Of a stretch of 64,000 nucleotides of DNA, positions 37,888-47,249 are shown one piece after another. Source of the DNA: Chlamydiales bacterium (GTDB lineage: Bacteria; Chlamydiota; Chlamydiia; Chlamydiales; JACKPQ01); assembly GCA_024233435.1 (NCBI GenBank), contig JACKPQ010000001.1, positions 660,582-724,581 on the forward strand, in the 5' to 3' direction. The position numbers were made by a program, and so were the translations under genes. The notes beneath the pieces are model-generated. The model did no database searches. It worked only from the letters and a program-made list of their open reading frames with translations, and had not been told where the DNA came from. The first letter of the stretch is position 1. Every line of letters starts with the position of its first letter.

Positions 37888-39423
37888 ATGAAGAAAAAGA
37901 TTTTATTTTTGTTGTCCCTGACAAGCGCCCTTTGCGCAAATCCAATTCGAATTGAAGAACCTCCGCAAAAGCCCGATGATGGCTACATCATCAACTTCAA
38001 CGAAGTCTCGATGGCAGAGTTTGTCCGCTTTGTCAGCCGCATTGCCAAGGTGAACTTTATTTTCGAAGAATCTGAACTTTCATATCCCGTTAACGTTGTT
38101 TCAGGCAAGCCTACCCAACCGAGCGAAGTTCTCGATCTTCTTCTTCATCTGCTAGATAGCTACGGACAAACCGTCGAGAAGAAAAACGGCTATTACCTCA
38201 TCAAAGAAAAAGAAGGTTTTGCTCCCGTTGTTGACGGGGGCCCAAAAATCCAAATTACTCTACCTCCACAACCAGCTGATAAATTCCACGTCTATAAACT
38301 CCAATACCACGAAGGCGCTGAAATCCTTGACACAGTTAAACAAATCGCCCACCAAATTCAAGGCCAGCCAGGCAGCTCTCCACAGCTATTACAAACCATT
38401 AACACGATGCAGTGGGTTAAAGCCACTAACTCAATCCTTTTTTCTGGTCCTCAATCGGCTGTGGATCGCCTATGCACTCTTGTGGACAGCTTGGATACTC
38501 CCTTGCGCCAGGTCTTTATAGAAGTGCTTGTTGTGGAATCTGGCGTGCGCGGCTCGCTAGAATTTGGAGTCGATTGGGCAACAGGCGGCAACTACAAAAA
38601 TCAAGTCGGCTTTGGCGCCGGAGAATTTGGCCTTGGCCCCAAAGGGCGCAGTTTCGCAAACACTTTTCAGGGCGTGAATGCTTCGAATCCCCCATCAGGC
38701 CCTTCTCAAACACCCTTTGGTCGCGGCTTTGACCTCAGCATTATAGGCGATATCATCTTGCATAAAGGGAAAACTTTTTTTACCATCGGCTCACTTGTCA
38801 GCGCCCTTGAAACCGACGGCAAAAGTAAAATTCTACTCAATCAAAAAATCATCACGCAAGATAACAAGCCCTCCCGTATTTTTATGGGTGAAAACATCCC
38901 CTTTCACGGGTCGACAATTGAGACTGTGGGACAAAAGCTTCAAACAACCTCCAACATCGAGTATCGCGATGTTGGAGTCTCCCTTAATATTCGCCCGCGC
39001 CTTGGTAAACAAGACATCATCACATTAGAAATCGAAGAAGAAATTTCCCAAGCCGAACCCAATCGCTTTGCCCGTGGCGATAGCGCAAGCGGCATCCTCA
39101 CCTCAAAGACCAACATGATGACCAATGTACACGTGCCAGACCAAAGCTTTCTTGTTCTATCTGGCATGGTTAAAACCACAGAAATAAAACGCAAAAGCGG
39201 CCTCCCCTGCCTTGGCGGCCTACCTGTTATCGGAGCAGCTTTTGGCAAACAATCCACAGATGAAGATAAAAAAGCTATTCTCGTCTTTGTCCGCCCACAA
39301 ATCATCAACTCCATTGACGACTACAAGCGGATCACCAAGCAGCAGCAAGCCATCTGCACAGACATCGCTCCAGAGCATGACATCTCTAAAGCCCTAGAAA
39401 TACTGCAGCAAGATACGCCATGA
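37888..39423 (+). CDS. Secretin-family outer membrane channel (GspD/PilQ/pIV-like), short form
   Basis: Signal peptide, then an N0-like domain (YIINFNEVSMAEFVRFVSRIAKVNFIFEE), one N1-like domain (VYKLQYHEGAEILDTVKQI) and a secretin core (LRQVFIEVLVVESG ... GLPCLGGLPVIGAAFGKQ ... ILVFVRPQII). Confidence 0.85.
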   Translation: MKKKILFLLSLTSALCANPIRIEEPPQKPDDGYIINFNEVSMAEFVRFVSRIAKVNFIFEESELSYPVNVVSGKPTQPSEVLDLLLHLLDSYGQTVEKKNGYYLIKEKEGFAPVVDGGPKIQITLPPQPADKFHVYKLQYHEGAEILDTVKQIAHQIQGQPGSSPQLLQTINTMQWVKATNSILFSGPQSAVDRLCTLVDSLDTPLRQVFIEVLVVESGVRGSLEFGVDWATGGNYKNQVGFGAGEFGLGPKGRSFANTFQGVNASNPPSGPSQTPFGRGFDLSIIGDIILHKGKTFFTIGSLVSALETDGKSKILLNQKIITQDNKPSRIFMGENIPFHGSTIETVGQKLQTTSNIEYRDVGVSLNIRPRLGKQDIITLEIEEEISQAEPNRFARGDSASGILTSKTNMMTNVHVPDQSFLVLSGMVKTTEIKRKSGLPCLGGLPVIGAAFGKQSTDEDKKAILVFVRPQIINSIDDYKRITKQQQAICTDIAPEHDISKALEILQQDTP

Positions 39424-39842
39424 CAACCATTGAAAGACAACCTGTCACAATTGACAACCTCCCCAAGGAAGCTCACTCTGATTTTGCCGTGCGCATCACC
39501 GAGCACCAAGGAATCCGCGCCGTCCACTCATCTAATAGTACCGCCACGCTCATTACAAAAACCAAACCGCCCAGTCTCATTGCCCTCTTTGGAGATCCCA
39601 ACAGCTCTCCCTCATTTGCTCACTTCTTTGCCCCGCCCCGCTTCCTCGGCTCAGTCTTCCGCAATGCCCTCGTCAATGTCGATTTAGAAGAAGCTCTGAT
39701 CAAGTTAGAGCAAATCACATCCTCTTCTGAAGGTCAAAAGCGGCAGTTCAGATCTATAAATAAATTTCTTGATATTATGGAATTTTTTAATCGCATCTCT
39801 GAAGACATCTGTGCCTTCTGTGCCAAGTACCAAAAAGGTTAA
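39420..39842 (+). CDS. Hypothetical protein translationally coupled to the secretin gene
   Basis: ATGA overlap with the secretin stop. 140 aa, no signal peptide, no motif recognised. Confidence 0.5.
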   Translation: MTTIERQPVTIDNLPKEAHSDFAVRITEHQGIRAVHSSNSTATLITKTKPPSLIALFGDPNSSPSFAHFFAPPRFLGSVFRNALVNVDLEEALIKLEQITSSSEGQKRQFRSINKFLDIMEFFNRISEDICAFCAKYQKG

Positions 39843-41374
39843 TGGGCAGCGCCTAAGTTCACTTCGGTGGTTTTGCGCTTTTTGAACCAAATGGCTAAGA
39901 AGATTAAGGGCAGAAAAAGCCAAGCAGATGTCCAGAAAACATCGTTGGCAGCTAATACCTCTGCTTGCTGCCCAGCCATAAGATTGAGTACTTCTAGACC
40001 TTCTTTTCCCTTGAGCCCCATATGATGCAATTCTTTAAGAGCTGAATCGGCGTGCGGATTAAAAGGGGTTAGCACTTCAATGAGATTAAAGCGGTGAAAG
40101 ACGGTGCGCCGCTCCCAAAGTGTTACGAATAAGGAAGTACCCAAGCCCCCACAAAAAATCCGAAAGAAATGAAAAACACCAGATGCTGAAGTCATCTGAT
40201 TGGAAGGCACGTGCGCAAGTGTAATTGCTGTGAGCGGCGCCATGTAAATGGCAACCGGCAGCCCCACCATGAGACGGGAAATTGCGGCATACGAAAAGCT
40301 GATCTGCGTTGTGATGAAGCTGTAGAAAAGATAAACACCCAAAAAAAGCGCAAAGCTGGCCATGATGACGTATTTAAGGCGCGCTCTTTCCATGATTTTT
40401 GCAACCAGAGGCATCAGTACAAGTGGCAAAATACCCATCGTTGAAACAGCCAGGCCTGCAACTTGAGCTGTGTAGTTCATCGTCTCTTCTAAAAAGAGGG
40501 GGAAAACGACCATGTTGCCGAACATCACTGCAAAAGATGCTGCAGTCACAAAAGTGCCAAGCGCAAAGTTTGGACATTTAAAAACTTTAAAGTCGATCAA
40601 TGGATCTTTTCCCGTAATAGCCCAGATAACAAAGAAAAGAAAGCCAACGAAGCTTGCGATCGCTAATAGGCGAATCGCATCTGATCGAAACCAATCGTAC
40701 TGCTGGCCAAAATCAACGAGCACCTGCAAGCAAGTAACTCCAATGGCAAGAAGAGAAAGACCAATAAAATCGATCCTGCGGCTAATAGGCTTTGAGTCGC
40801 GATCAATGATGAGTTTCCATGTAATAACGCTTGCTAGAATTCCAAACGGAATATTGATATAAAAGATCCAGCGCCAAACGTAGTTATAAGTTAAATATCC
40901 TCCAAGGATGGGACCAAGAACAGGTCCAACAACCACAACTGCGGCCCAAATCACAAGAGCAAGTTTGCGTTTTTCCGGCGGGTAAAAAGCTATGAGCAAG
41001 CTCTGTGAAAGAGGAATCATTGGACCGGCTACAAAGCCTTGACAAAAGCGAGACATCAAAAGCATCGGAAAATTAAACGCCGCTCCGCATGTCCATGAAA
41101 AAAATGTAAATAATACGCAGGCAATAACAAAAGTTTTAACAGCCCCCAGACGATCACTTAAAAAACCAGCCAGTGGCAAGCTGATGGCGTTGCCCGCAGC
41201 AAAACAGGTAATCACCCAGGTGCCATCGGTATCAGAAACACCTAAATCCCCTGCAATATAGGGAACAGAGACGTTAGCAATAGAGTAATCAAGGGCCATC
41301 ATGAATGTGCCAAGAGAAAGCGATAAGGTTAAAAGAGCAAGGGCCAATCCCCTTAGCGGCTTAACGGCGTCCAT
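39839..41374 (-). CDS. MFS multidrug efflux permease, DHA2/EmrB-like (14 TMS)
   Basis: MFS motif A-like GFLSDRLGAVKTF and about 14 hydrophobic segments. It is the last gene of an OMF-HlyD-MFS operon. Confidence 0.85.
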   Translation of the reverse strand: MDAVKPLRGLALALLTLSLSLGTFMMALDYSIANVSVPYIAGDLGVSDTDGTWVITCFAAGNAISLPLAGFLSDRLGAVKTFVIACVLFTFFSWTCGAAFNFPMLLMSRFCQGFVAGPMIPLSQSLLIAFYPPEKRKLALVIWAAVVVVGPVLGPILGGYLTYNYVWRWIFYINIPFGILASVITWKLIIDRDSKPISRRIDFIGLSLLAIGVTCLQVLVDFGQQYDWFRSDAIRLLAIASFVGFLFFVIWAITGKDPLIDFKVFKCPNFALGTFVTAASFAVMFGNMVVFPLFLEETMNYTAQVAGLAVSTMGILPLVLMPLVAKIMERARLKYVIMASFALFLGVYLFYSFITTQISFSYAAISRLMVGLPVAIYMAPLTAITLAHVPSNQMTSASGVFHFFRIFCGGLGTSLFVTLWERRTVFHRFNLIEVLTPFNPHADSALKELHHMGLKGKEGLEVLNLMAGQQAEVLAANDVFWTSAWLFLPLIFLAIWFKKRKTTEVNLGAAH

Positions 41375-42560
41375 TCGGCATATTTTCCTGCATGACCCTG
41401 TTGATCAGCTCTAAGGCACCAGCCTCTTGCTGAGCATAAATGTCTGTTGAGTAAAGTGGTTTTAAAGCGTAGCTAGCAGCTGGAACAACAATCCCTTTCT
41501 CATCTTTTGTATCAACTGTCACTTTCATGGAAAGACCTAAACGCAGCGGGTAGCGACGAAGCTCTTCAGCTTCCAGTTTGATCCGCACGGGCAGGCGTTG
41601 AACAATTTTGATCCAGTTTCCCGTTGCGTTCTGAGGGGGCAGCACAGAAAAAACCGCACCTGTCCCCGCACTCAAGCCCTCGACAATGCCGTTAAAGATC
41701 ACTGAATGTCCATACATATCAGCATGCATTTTGACTGGTTGGCCAATACGAATGCGCTTGAGTTGCGTTTCTTTATAGTTTGCATTCACCCACATTTGCT
41801 CTAAAGGAATGAGAGCACAAAGGGGGTCTGTTGGATTGATCGACTCGCCCACCTGCACCGTGCGCTGATCAATAATGCCATCGACAGGGCAAACAATCTT
41901 TGTGCGCCTTAAATTGACATAGGCCTCTTTTACCATTTGCTGCGCCTGAATGACAAGTGGATGGGTGCGAATTGTCGTGTTTTCTACAAGGGCTTTTGCA
42001 GCCTCTAGAGCCGCTTTATCTTTAATGACTTGAGCTTCTGCTGAGCGCAATTGCGCCTCTGAGTGTTCAAAATCCTCAACGGAAACGCCCCCCATTCCAA
42101 CAACACCTGCTCGATGCTCATAATCTTGCCCAGCTTTAATCAACTCAGCCTCAGATTGGAGCAAATCAGCGCGCCGCTCTTCCACATCATCAAATAAAGT
42201 TGCCACGTACCTAACTTGCTGACCTAAATTAGCCATTTCATGGCGCAAGCGAATTTCAAAATCCGTGGGATCAAGCTCAAAAAGAATCTGATCTTTGAGC
42301 ACAAATTGAGTATCATTGACATTAACGCTGCTTACAATGCCCGAAACTTGGGCCGTGAGCTCTAGCATGTTTCCATGGACGTAAGCATCATCTGTGTAAT
42401 CTTCAATACGAAAGTAAAACCACCAAAGCAAAAAAGCAATAACACCCACTACGATGAGAGAAAACAGCGTCCATGCTAACAGAGGCTTTCGTTTACTTTG
42501 CATTTCTTGCATCTTCGGCCCACTCTTTTTGTTTGTTGGAATGATCGATAAATCCCCCAC
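41361..42560 (-). CDS. HlyD-family membrane fusion protein (EmrA-like)
   Basis: A single N-terminal TM, a lipoyl-like segment (LTAQVSGIVSSVNVNDTQFVLKDQILFELDP), a long coiled coil and a beta-barrel C-terminus. The true start may be Met17 or Met20 (42512 or 42503), which would shorten the overlap with the upstream gene. Confidence 0.85.
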   Translation of the reverse strand: MGDLSIIPTNKKSGPKMQEMQSKRKPLLAWTLFSLIVVGVIAFLLWWFYFRIEDYTDDAYVHGNMLELTAQVSGIVSSVNVNDTQFVLKDQILFELDPTDFEIRLRHEMANLGQQVRYVATLFDDVEERRADLLQSEAELIKAGQDYEHRAGVVGMGGVSVEDFEHSEAQLRSAEAQVIKDKAALEAAKALVENTTIRTHPLVIQAQQMVKEAYVNLRRTKIVCPVDGIIDQRTVQVGESINPTDPLCALIPLEQMWVNANYKETQLKRIRIGQPVKMHADMYGHSVIFNGIVEGLSAGTGAVFSVLPPQNATGNWIKIVQRLPVRIKLEAEELRRYPLRLGLSMKVTVDTKDEKGIVVPAASYALKPLYSTDIYAQQEAGALELINRVMQENMPNGRR

Positions 42561-43956
42561 CCAATGCTTTAATCAAATCCACAACATTTTTTAAACGCTC
42601 ATCGTTGATTTCAATCACCTTTAAGCGTGCATACAAATAATCAACTTCTCGCTCGAGCACTTCGATGCGGTTATTCAAGCCGCTGCGCTCTCTTGCATAG
42701 CTGAGCTCAAAAATCGTTGCCTCATCGCTAGCTACAGCTTTTTCATCCTCTAGACGCAGCGTTGCCGACTCAACTTGGCTGATTTTATCTGCCACATCTT
42801 TGGCCGCTTGCAAAAGCGCTTGATTGTACTCATACACAGCTTCTTCAAATGCTGCAACTCTAGCATCCAAATTAGCGCGCAGCTGACCGCCGACAAAAAT
42901 GGGCAAATGAATCGCAGGATTGAGCGAACCGGCCAAACTATCTTTTGACCACCACTTACTCCAGCTCAAAGATCCCAGCCCCCCTAAAGCCCGTAAATTT
43001 AAATCGGGATAAAAAAGCGCTTGTGCCGCCCGAATATCATGAGCATAACTCTCGACTTGCCAAACGCGGGCGATGATATCCGGGCGTCTAGCAAGCAAAT
43101 CCAACGATAGATGTTCTGGAAGTGGAAAAATTTGATCATAGTGAGCTGTAGGCGTTAGCATTTGCACATCGCTATCTGGGCTAATCCCCATCAACGTGCG
43201 CAAAAAATTCTTACCAAGCTCAATTAACTCTTGGTTGGCGACGATGTCGCGATCAAGGCTACTCACGTGCGCCTCACGTTTTTTCACCTCTCGTAAATCA
43301 ATCAAAGCATTTTCGTAATTGAGGCGACTTAAAGCCAAAAGATCTTTTTCTTTCTCTAAAATTTGCAGGAGCACTTCCTGCTTTTGAATATTTGTTTGCA
43401 AGTCGATGTAGCCACTTGCTGCAGCAGTCGATAGCATCAAATGGGTCTGTGCAGTTTCAGCAGCTGCGCTGCGAGCTTGCCCCAACGCTGCGGCGTACCG
43501 CTGCTTATTCTTACCCCAAAGATCAAAATCATACAAAAGCTCAAGCCCAATTGCTAACTGGTAAATAACAGCTGGCAAAACAGAGGGTGAGATACGATAT
43601 AAATCTTCTTTGCTCAAATGCTGCCAGTTAACGCCTGCCTCAGCTGACAAATGAGGAAAAAGAGCAGCGCGCACAACATAGGCCTCATCGACCGCTTTTT
43701 TTGCTCGCATTTCAGCAGCACCCATCGTCGGGTTATTTTCCAAAACATTTTTGATCAGAAGCGTCAATTGAGGGTCATCAAAACTCATCCACCATTCAGG
43801 ATCAGGCCAATCCCCATGCGTAAAAATACCCGAGTCAATCCCTTCATGAACCGATCTTTCAACAGAAATAGGAGGTGATAGTTTTGCTTGCAAATCCTTT
43901 TTAGGAATGCGCGCACATCCAATTAACAAAACAATTAAAATAAAAATTAAATTCAT
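42493..43956 (-). CDS. Outer membrane efflux lipoprotein, NodT/TolC (OMF) family
   Basis: Lipobox LLIGC, two internally repeated OMF halves, and the first position in the tripartite efflux operon. Confidence 0.85.
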   Translation of the reverse strand: MNLIFILIVLLIGCARIPKKDLQAKLSPPISVERSVHEGIDSGIFTHGDWPDPEWWMSFDDPQLTLLIKNVLENNPTMGAAEMRAKKAVDEAYVVRAALFPHLSAEAGVNWQHLSKEDLYRISPSVLPAVIYQLAIGLELLYDFDLWGKNKQRYAAALGQARSAAAETAQTHLMLSTAAASGYIDLQTNIQKQEVLLQILEKEKDLLALSRLNYENALIDLREVKKREAHVSSLDRDIVANQELIELGKNFLRTLMGISPDSDVQMLTPTAHYDQIFPLPEHLSLDLLARRPDIIARVWQVESYAHDIRAAQALFYPDLNLRALGGLGSLSWSKWWSKDSLAGSLNPAIHLPIFVGGQLRANLDARVAAFEEAVYEYNQALLQAAKDVADKISQVESATLRLEDEKAVASDEATIFELSYARERSGLNNRIEVLEREVDYLYARLKVIEINDERLKNVVDLIKALGGGFIDHSNKQKEWAEDARNAK

Positions 43957-43988
43957 TAGTTAGCCTTATTAATATAAATAAAATACTA

Positions 43989-44018
43989 TTGCTAAAAAAT
44001 CAAGTAATATGGTATACT
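43989..44018 (+). promoter_or_regulatory. Candidate sigma70-type promoter for gshF
   Basis: TTGCTA (43989-43994), an 18-nt spacer, then TATACT (44013-44018). The -10 ends only 7 nt before ATG 44026, which implies a leaderless or very short-leader mRNA if it is used. Confidence 0.3.
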
Positions 44019-44025
44019 TTCGGTT

Positions 44026-46071
44026 ATGTTTTTTGCAGAACTTAAACAATTTAAGATTGGTCTCGAGCGAGAAGCTTTGCGCATGTCTCATTTTAACCAA
44101 CTCGCAAAGACACCTCACCCCGAATCGCTCGGCTCAAAACTCACCCATCCCTACTTCACCACAGATTTTGCCGAATACCAAATCGAGTTTGTTACGCCTC
44201 CCTTCTCCTCAATCAAAAAATCTCTTACATTTTTAGAAACTTTACACCGCGCTTTTTACACATTTGTACCCAACGAAAAACTTTGGCCACATAGCATGCC
44301 ACCCAAAAACCCAAAAAATATCCCCATTGCAGACTTTGGCGTTTCATCAGTGGGCATGAAAAAATACCTTTACCGTATGGGCTTAACACAACGCTATCCT
44401 ATCGAGATGCAGCTCATTTCAGGCATTCACGCCAACTACTCATTTCCAGACGCCGTCTTTAAAAAACTTGGCCTCACCAAAAACGAAGGCTACATGGCCC
44501 TCATTCGCAATTTCCTGCGCCATGGCTGGATTCTGACCTATCTTTTTGGATCCTCCCCTTCTAAAAAATACCCCGACTCCACATCCCTGCGCATGAGCCC
44601 TCTTGGTTATTACTCCTTGGTGCAATCCCAGATAGCCATCTCATTTAACTCTCTTGAAGAATACCTGCACGATCTCAACAAGGCCTGCACAACTCCCCAT
44701 CCAGAATATCAAAAAATTGACCCCTCACTCCAACTCAATGCCAACCTTCTTCAAATCCCTGCCGAGCACTACACCCGCATCCGGCCAAAATCTCAAAGTG
44801 ATAACTTATCTAAAGGCATTGACTATATCGAAGTGCGCAGCCTAGATCTCAACCCCAATTCCCCCATCGGGATCGAGCAAGACGCCCTCGAATTCCTCCA
44901 CATCTTTTTACTTTACTGCCTTCTTGAACCTTCACCTCCCCTCAGCCCACAAGAGCGCAAGCAAATCTGTGATCATCAAGCACACGTTGCCCTCCACGGT
45001 CTGCAAGACACAGACCCAACCCCTCTTCTCACTGCCATGGAGCCACTTGCTGACTACCTCGGCTACAAAAATAAACCCAATCCCAAGCGTGTCCTCACTC
45101 CCCTCACTGCAAGCGAAAAAAACTATTTTACTCAGCTTGCCGAAAAATCCCTCAAAACCCAACAAGAGCTCGAGCTCAAAGAATTTGAGCTCTCAACGCT
45201 TTGCCTGATTGACGCTGCCAAAAAGCGCAACATCTCCATTGAAATCCTCGACAAGACCCATAACATCATTCGCCTAAACAAAAACGTCATCGTTCAGCAA
45301 GCCACATGCACTCACAAAGACACCTACATCGCACCCCTTCTCATGAATAACAAATCGGTTACCAAAAAGCTCCTCACAGAGCACAACCTCAAAACCCCAT
45401 CCAGCCAAACCTTCAACACATTGCAAGAAGCCCTCACTTATAAACCCACAACAAAAATCGTGATCAAGCCCAACACAGCAAACTTTGGAGTTGGAATCAG
45501 CTTCATTCCTCCAAATGAGCCCGCTCAATACAACTGCGCCATCAAAGAAGCTTTCAAACACGCATCATCAGTACTCATCGAGGAGTTTTGCCCCGGTCAT
45601 GAAATCCGCTTCCTTGTCATCGATAGCAAAGTCATAGCCGTAACACTACGCGAACCTGCCAACATCACCGGTGATGGAATCCACACCATGCGGCAACTCA
45701 TCGAAGAAAAGAACCGCACCAAATTCCCCAAAGAACACATCCGCCTTGATAAAACCCTACCCCTATCATCCATTCCTAAAAAAGGGCAAAAAATCTACCT
45801 TCGAGAAAACTCAAACATTTCAACTGGCGGCGATGCCATCGATCTAACCGATATCATCGATCCTTCCTACAAAAAAATCGCTCTCAAGGCCACAGAGGTC
45901 CTTGGTGCTGCCATCTGCGGCGTTGATATGCTCATTCCCAAATACAAAGAGCCTGGCACCTATAACATCATTGAGCTCAACTACAACCCCCAGCTCTCAA
46001 TGCACATCTATCCAACCCAGGGAAAATCCCGCCCCGTTTGCGATGCCTTATTGGAGTACCTAAACCCATGA
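44026..46071 (+). CDS. gshF: Bifunctional glutamate-cysteine ligase/glutathione synthetase (GshF/GshAB)
   Basis: The N-terminal GshA-type domain has GLEREALR and ISGIHANYSF. The C-terminal ATP-grasp domain has VIKPNTANFGVGISF, EEFCPGHEIRFLVIDSKVIAV and ELNYNPQLSMHIYPTQGKSR, which parallel streptococcal/listerial GshF. Confidence 0.85.
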   Translation: MFFAELKQFKIGLEREALRMSHFNQLAKTPHPESLGSKLTHPYFTTDFAEYQIEFVTPPFSSIKKSLTFLETLHRAFYTFVPNEKLWPHSMPPKNPKNIPIADFGVSSVGMKKYLYRMGLTQRYPIEMQLISGIHANYSFPDAVFKKLGLTKNEGYMALIRNFLRHGWILTYLFGSSPSKKYPDSTSLRMSPLGYYSLVQSQIAISFNSLEEYLHDLNKACTTPHPEYQKIDPSLQLNANLLQIPAEHYTRIRPKSQSDNLSKGIDYIEVRSLDLNPNSPIGIEQDALEFLHIFLLYCLLEPSPPLSPQERKQICDHQAHVALHGLQDTDPTPLLTAMEPLADYLGYKNKPNPKRVLTPLTASEKNYFTQLAEKSLKTQQELELKEFELSTLCLIDAAKKRNISIEILDKTHNIIRLNKNVIVQQATCTHKDTYIAPLLMNNKSVTKKLLTEHNLKTPSSQTFNTLQEALTYKPTTKIVIKPNTANFGVGISFIPPNEPAQYNCAIKEAFKHASSVLIEEFCPGHEIRFLVIDSKVIAVTLREPANITGDGIHTMRQLIEEKNRTKFPKEHIRLDKTLPLSSIPKKGQKIYLRENSNISTGGDAIDLTDIIDPSYKKIALKATEVLGAAICGVDMLIPKYKEPGTYNIIELNYNPQLSMHIYPTQGKSRPVCDALLEYLNP

Positions 46072-46175
46072 TCTGCATTTCACGCCTCTCGCACATCCCT
46101 CCAAAATACATCATTCCAGCAGGCTTAGCGGTCATTTCGGTAGCTCTAGCTGCTATCGCCTACCTTGGTTATCGG
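46020..46175 (+). repeat. Direct repeat copy A (gshF 3' end plus 5' end of the coiled-coil gene)
   Basis: On visual alignment it matches 49906-50062 at most positions, with a 49-nt perfectly identical core (46067-46115 = 49953-50001). Confidence 0.85.
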
Positions 46176-47132
46176 CATTATACTACGAAGCAACCCACAC
46201 CAGCCCCCAAACCTAATCAATCACCACTTGCAGCTATCAGAGCCAAAGAAGAACAAACACAAAAACGCGCAACAGACTACAAAAATCTGCTTGATACGAT
46301 CTTTCCTTCATTAGCAAATCTTAGCAAGAAAAGCAGACCCCAATTATCAGCCATGTCGGCTCTATTAACCATTGAGAATGACTATAGACATGGCAAATTT
46401 ACGCAAGCGGTTCTCATTGAAAAACTCCAGAACGTGGAAAAGATCCTTGCCGCAAACACAGCGCAAGAAAATGCAGAGAAAGAAGCTCGATTAAAACGAG
46501 CTCAAGAATTGCATGATGAACAGGCAAAAGCTGATGCAGAAAGGCTAGCTTATGAGCAACGCAAGAGCACATTTCAATCAGTGTTAGACAAAGTTTTTCC
46601 TGATCTAGTCAATTCAAAGGACATAGGTCTATTGGGTATCAAGGACGATTTCATAAATGGCAAGTTCACAAAAGAAATCCTAATTGAAAAACTAAATAAC
46701 CTATCAAAAACTTTAGCCCAAAATGCAAAAATAAAAGCTCAAGAAGAAGCAAAGACTAAAAGACAATTTGAAGACGAAAAGCGCAAAATAGAACACGAGT
46801 TCCAAGAAAACCGACAAAAGATTGATGAAAGCTACCGCATGAAAAAGTATGAGATCGCACAAAATACAAAATTTGAGCTTGCATTCAGCACCCACTGCGA
46901 CAATATCCACAAAGCAACCAAACAGATACAAGAAGGAAAAGTTCCTACTGATCCTTTACTATTTAAACAACTACGCGCCGCTAGAAATAACCTAACTGAA
47001 CTTAAAAATCAGTATCTGGACCCCAACAACCAAATCTCAGATGAGACAGTGACCAATAAAATCAAGGAAATTAACGAGAGTATCACGGCTCTTGGCAAGA
47101 AAACAGCTACAAGAAAGAAAAACCCTTACTGA
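46068..47132 (+). CDS. N-terminally TM-anchored coiled-coil protein with internal repeats
   Basis: ATG 46068 forms an ATGA overlap with the gshF stop. MICISRLSHIPPKYIIPAGLAVISVALAAIAYLGY is a TM anchor, followed by a Lys/Glu/Gln-rich coiled coil with a twice-repeated FP.L.N...GKFT..(V/I)LIEKL.N module. Confidence 0.65.
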   Translation: MICISRLSHIPPKYIIPAGLAVISVALAAIAYLGYRHYTTKQPTPAPKPNQSPLAAIRAKEEQTQKRATDYKNLLDTIFPSLANLSKKSRPQLSAMSALLTIENDYRHGKFTQAVLIEKLQNVEKILAANTAQENAEKEARLKRAQELHDEQAKADAERLAYEQRKSTFQSVLDKVFPDLVNSKDIGLLGIKDDFINGKFTKEILIEKLNNLSKTLAQNAKIKAQEEAKTKRQFEDEKRKIEHEFQENRQKIDESYRMKKYEIAQNTKFELAFSTHCDNIHKATKQIQEGKVPTDPLLFKQLRAARNNLTELKNQYLDPNNQISDETVTNKIKEINESITALGKKTATRKKNPY

Positions 47133-47249
47133 TCCTTTACTATTTAAACAGCTAACCACTGTTATAGAAAACCTAACTGCACTCCGAAAGAATAACCAAG
47201 TAAATAAACAATAGCATCACAGCCACAACATTTTTGATAACGTCCTTTT

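Noticed and set aside
44009-44236. 75-aa ORF overlapping the gshF 5' end in another frame, and several other short ORFs inside gshF (44654..44845, 44924..45208).
   Set aside because: The Pro/Ser/Thr-rich low-complexity translations are produced by the extreme C-rich composition. The gshF frame carries the recognisable enzyme motifs.
31000-46100. An apparent switch of the + strand from G>=C (for example mlaE) to C>G (ABC-2 permease, S9 peptidase, porin, gshF), considered as a replication terminus or origin signal.
   Set aside because: Hand counts on scattered 60-nt lines are inconsistent. OppA genes at 24-27 kb are already C-rich, and minus-strand genes at 36-43 kb are near neutral. A cumulative GC-skew calculation on the whole replicon is needed, so no replication landmark is called.
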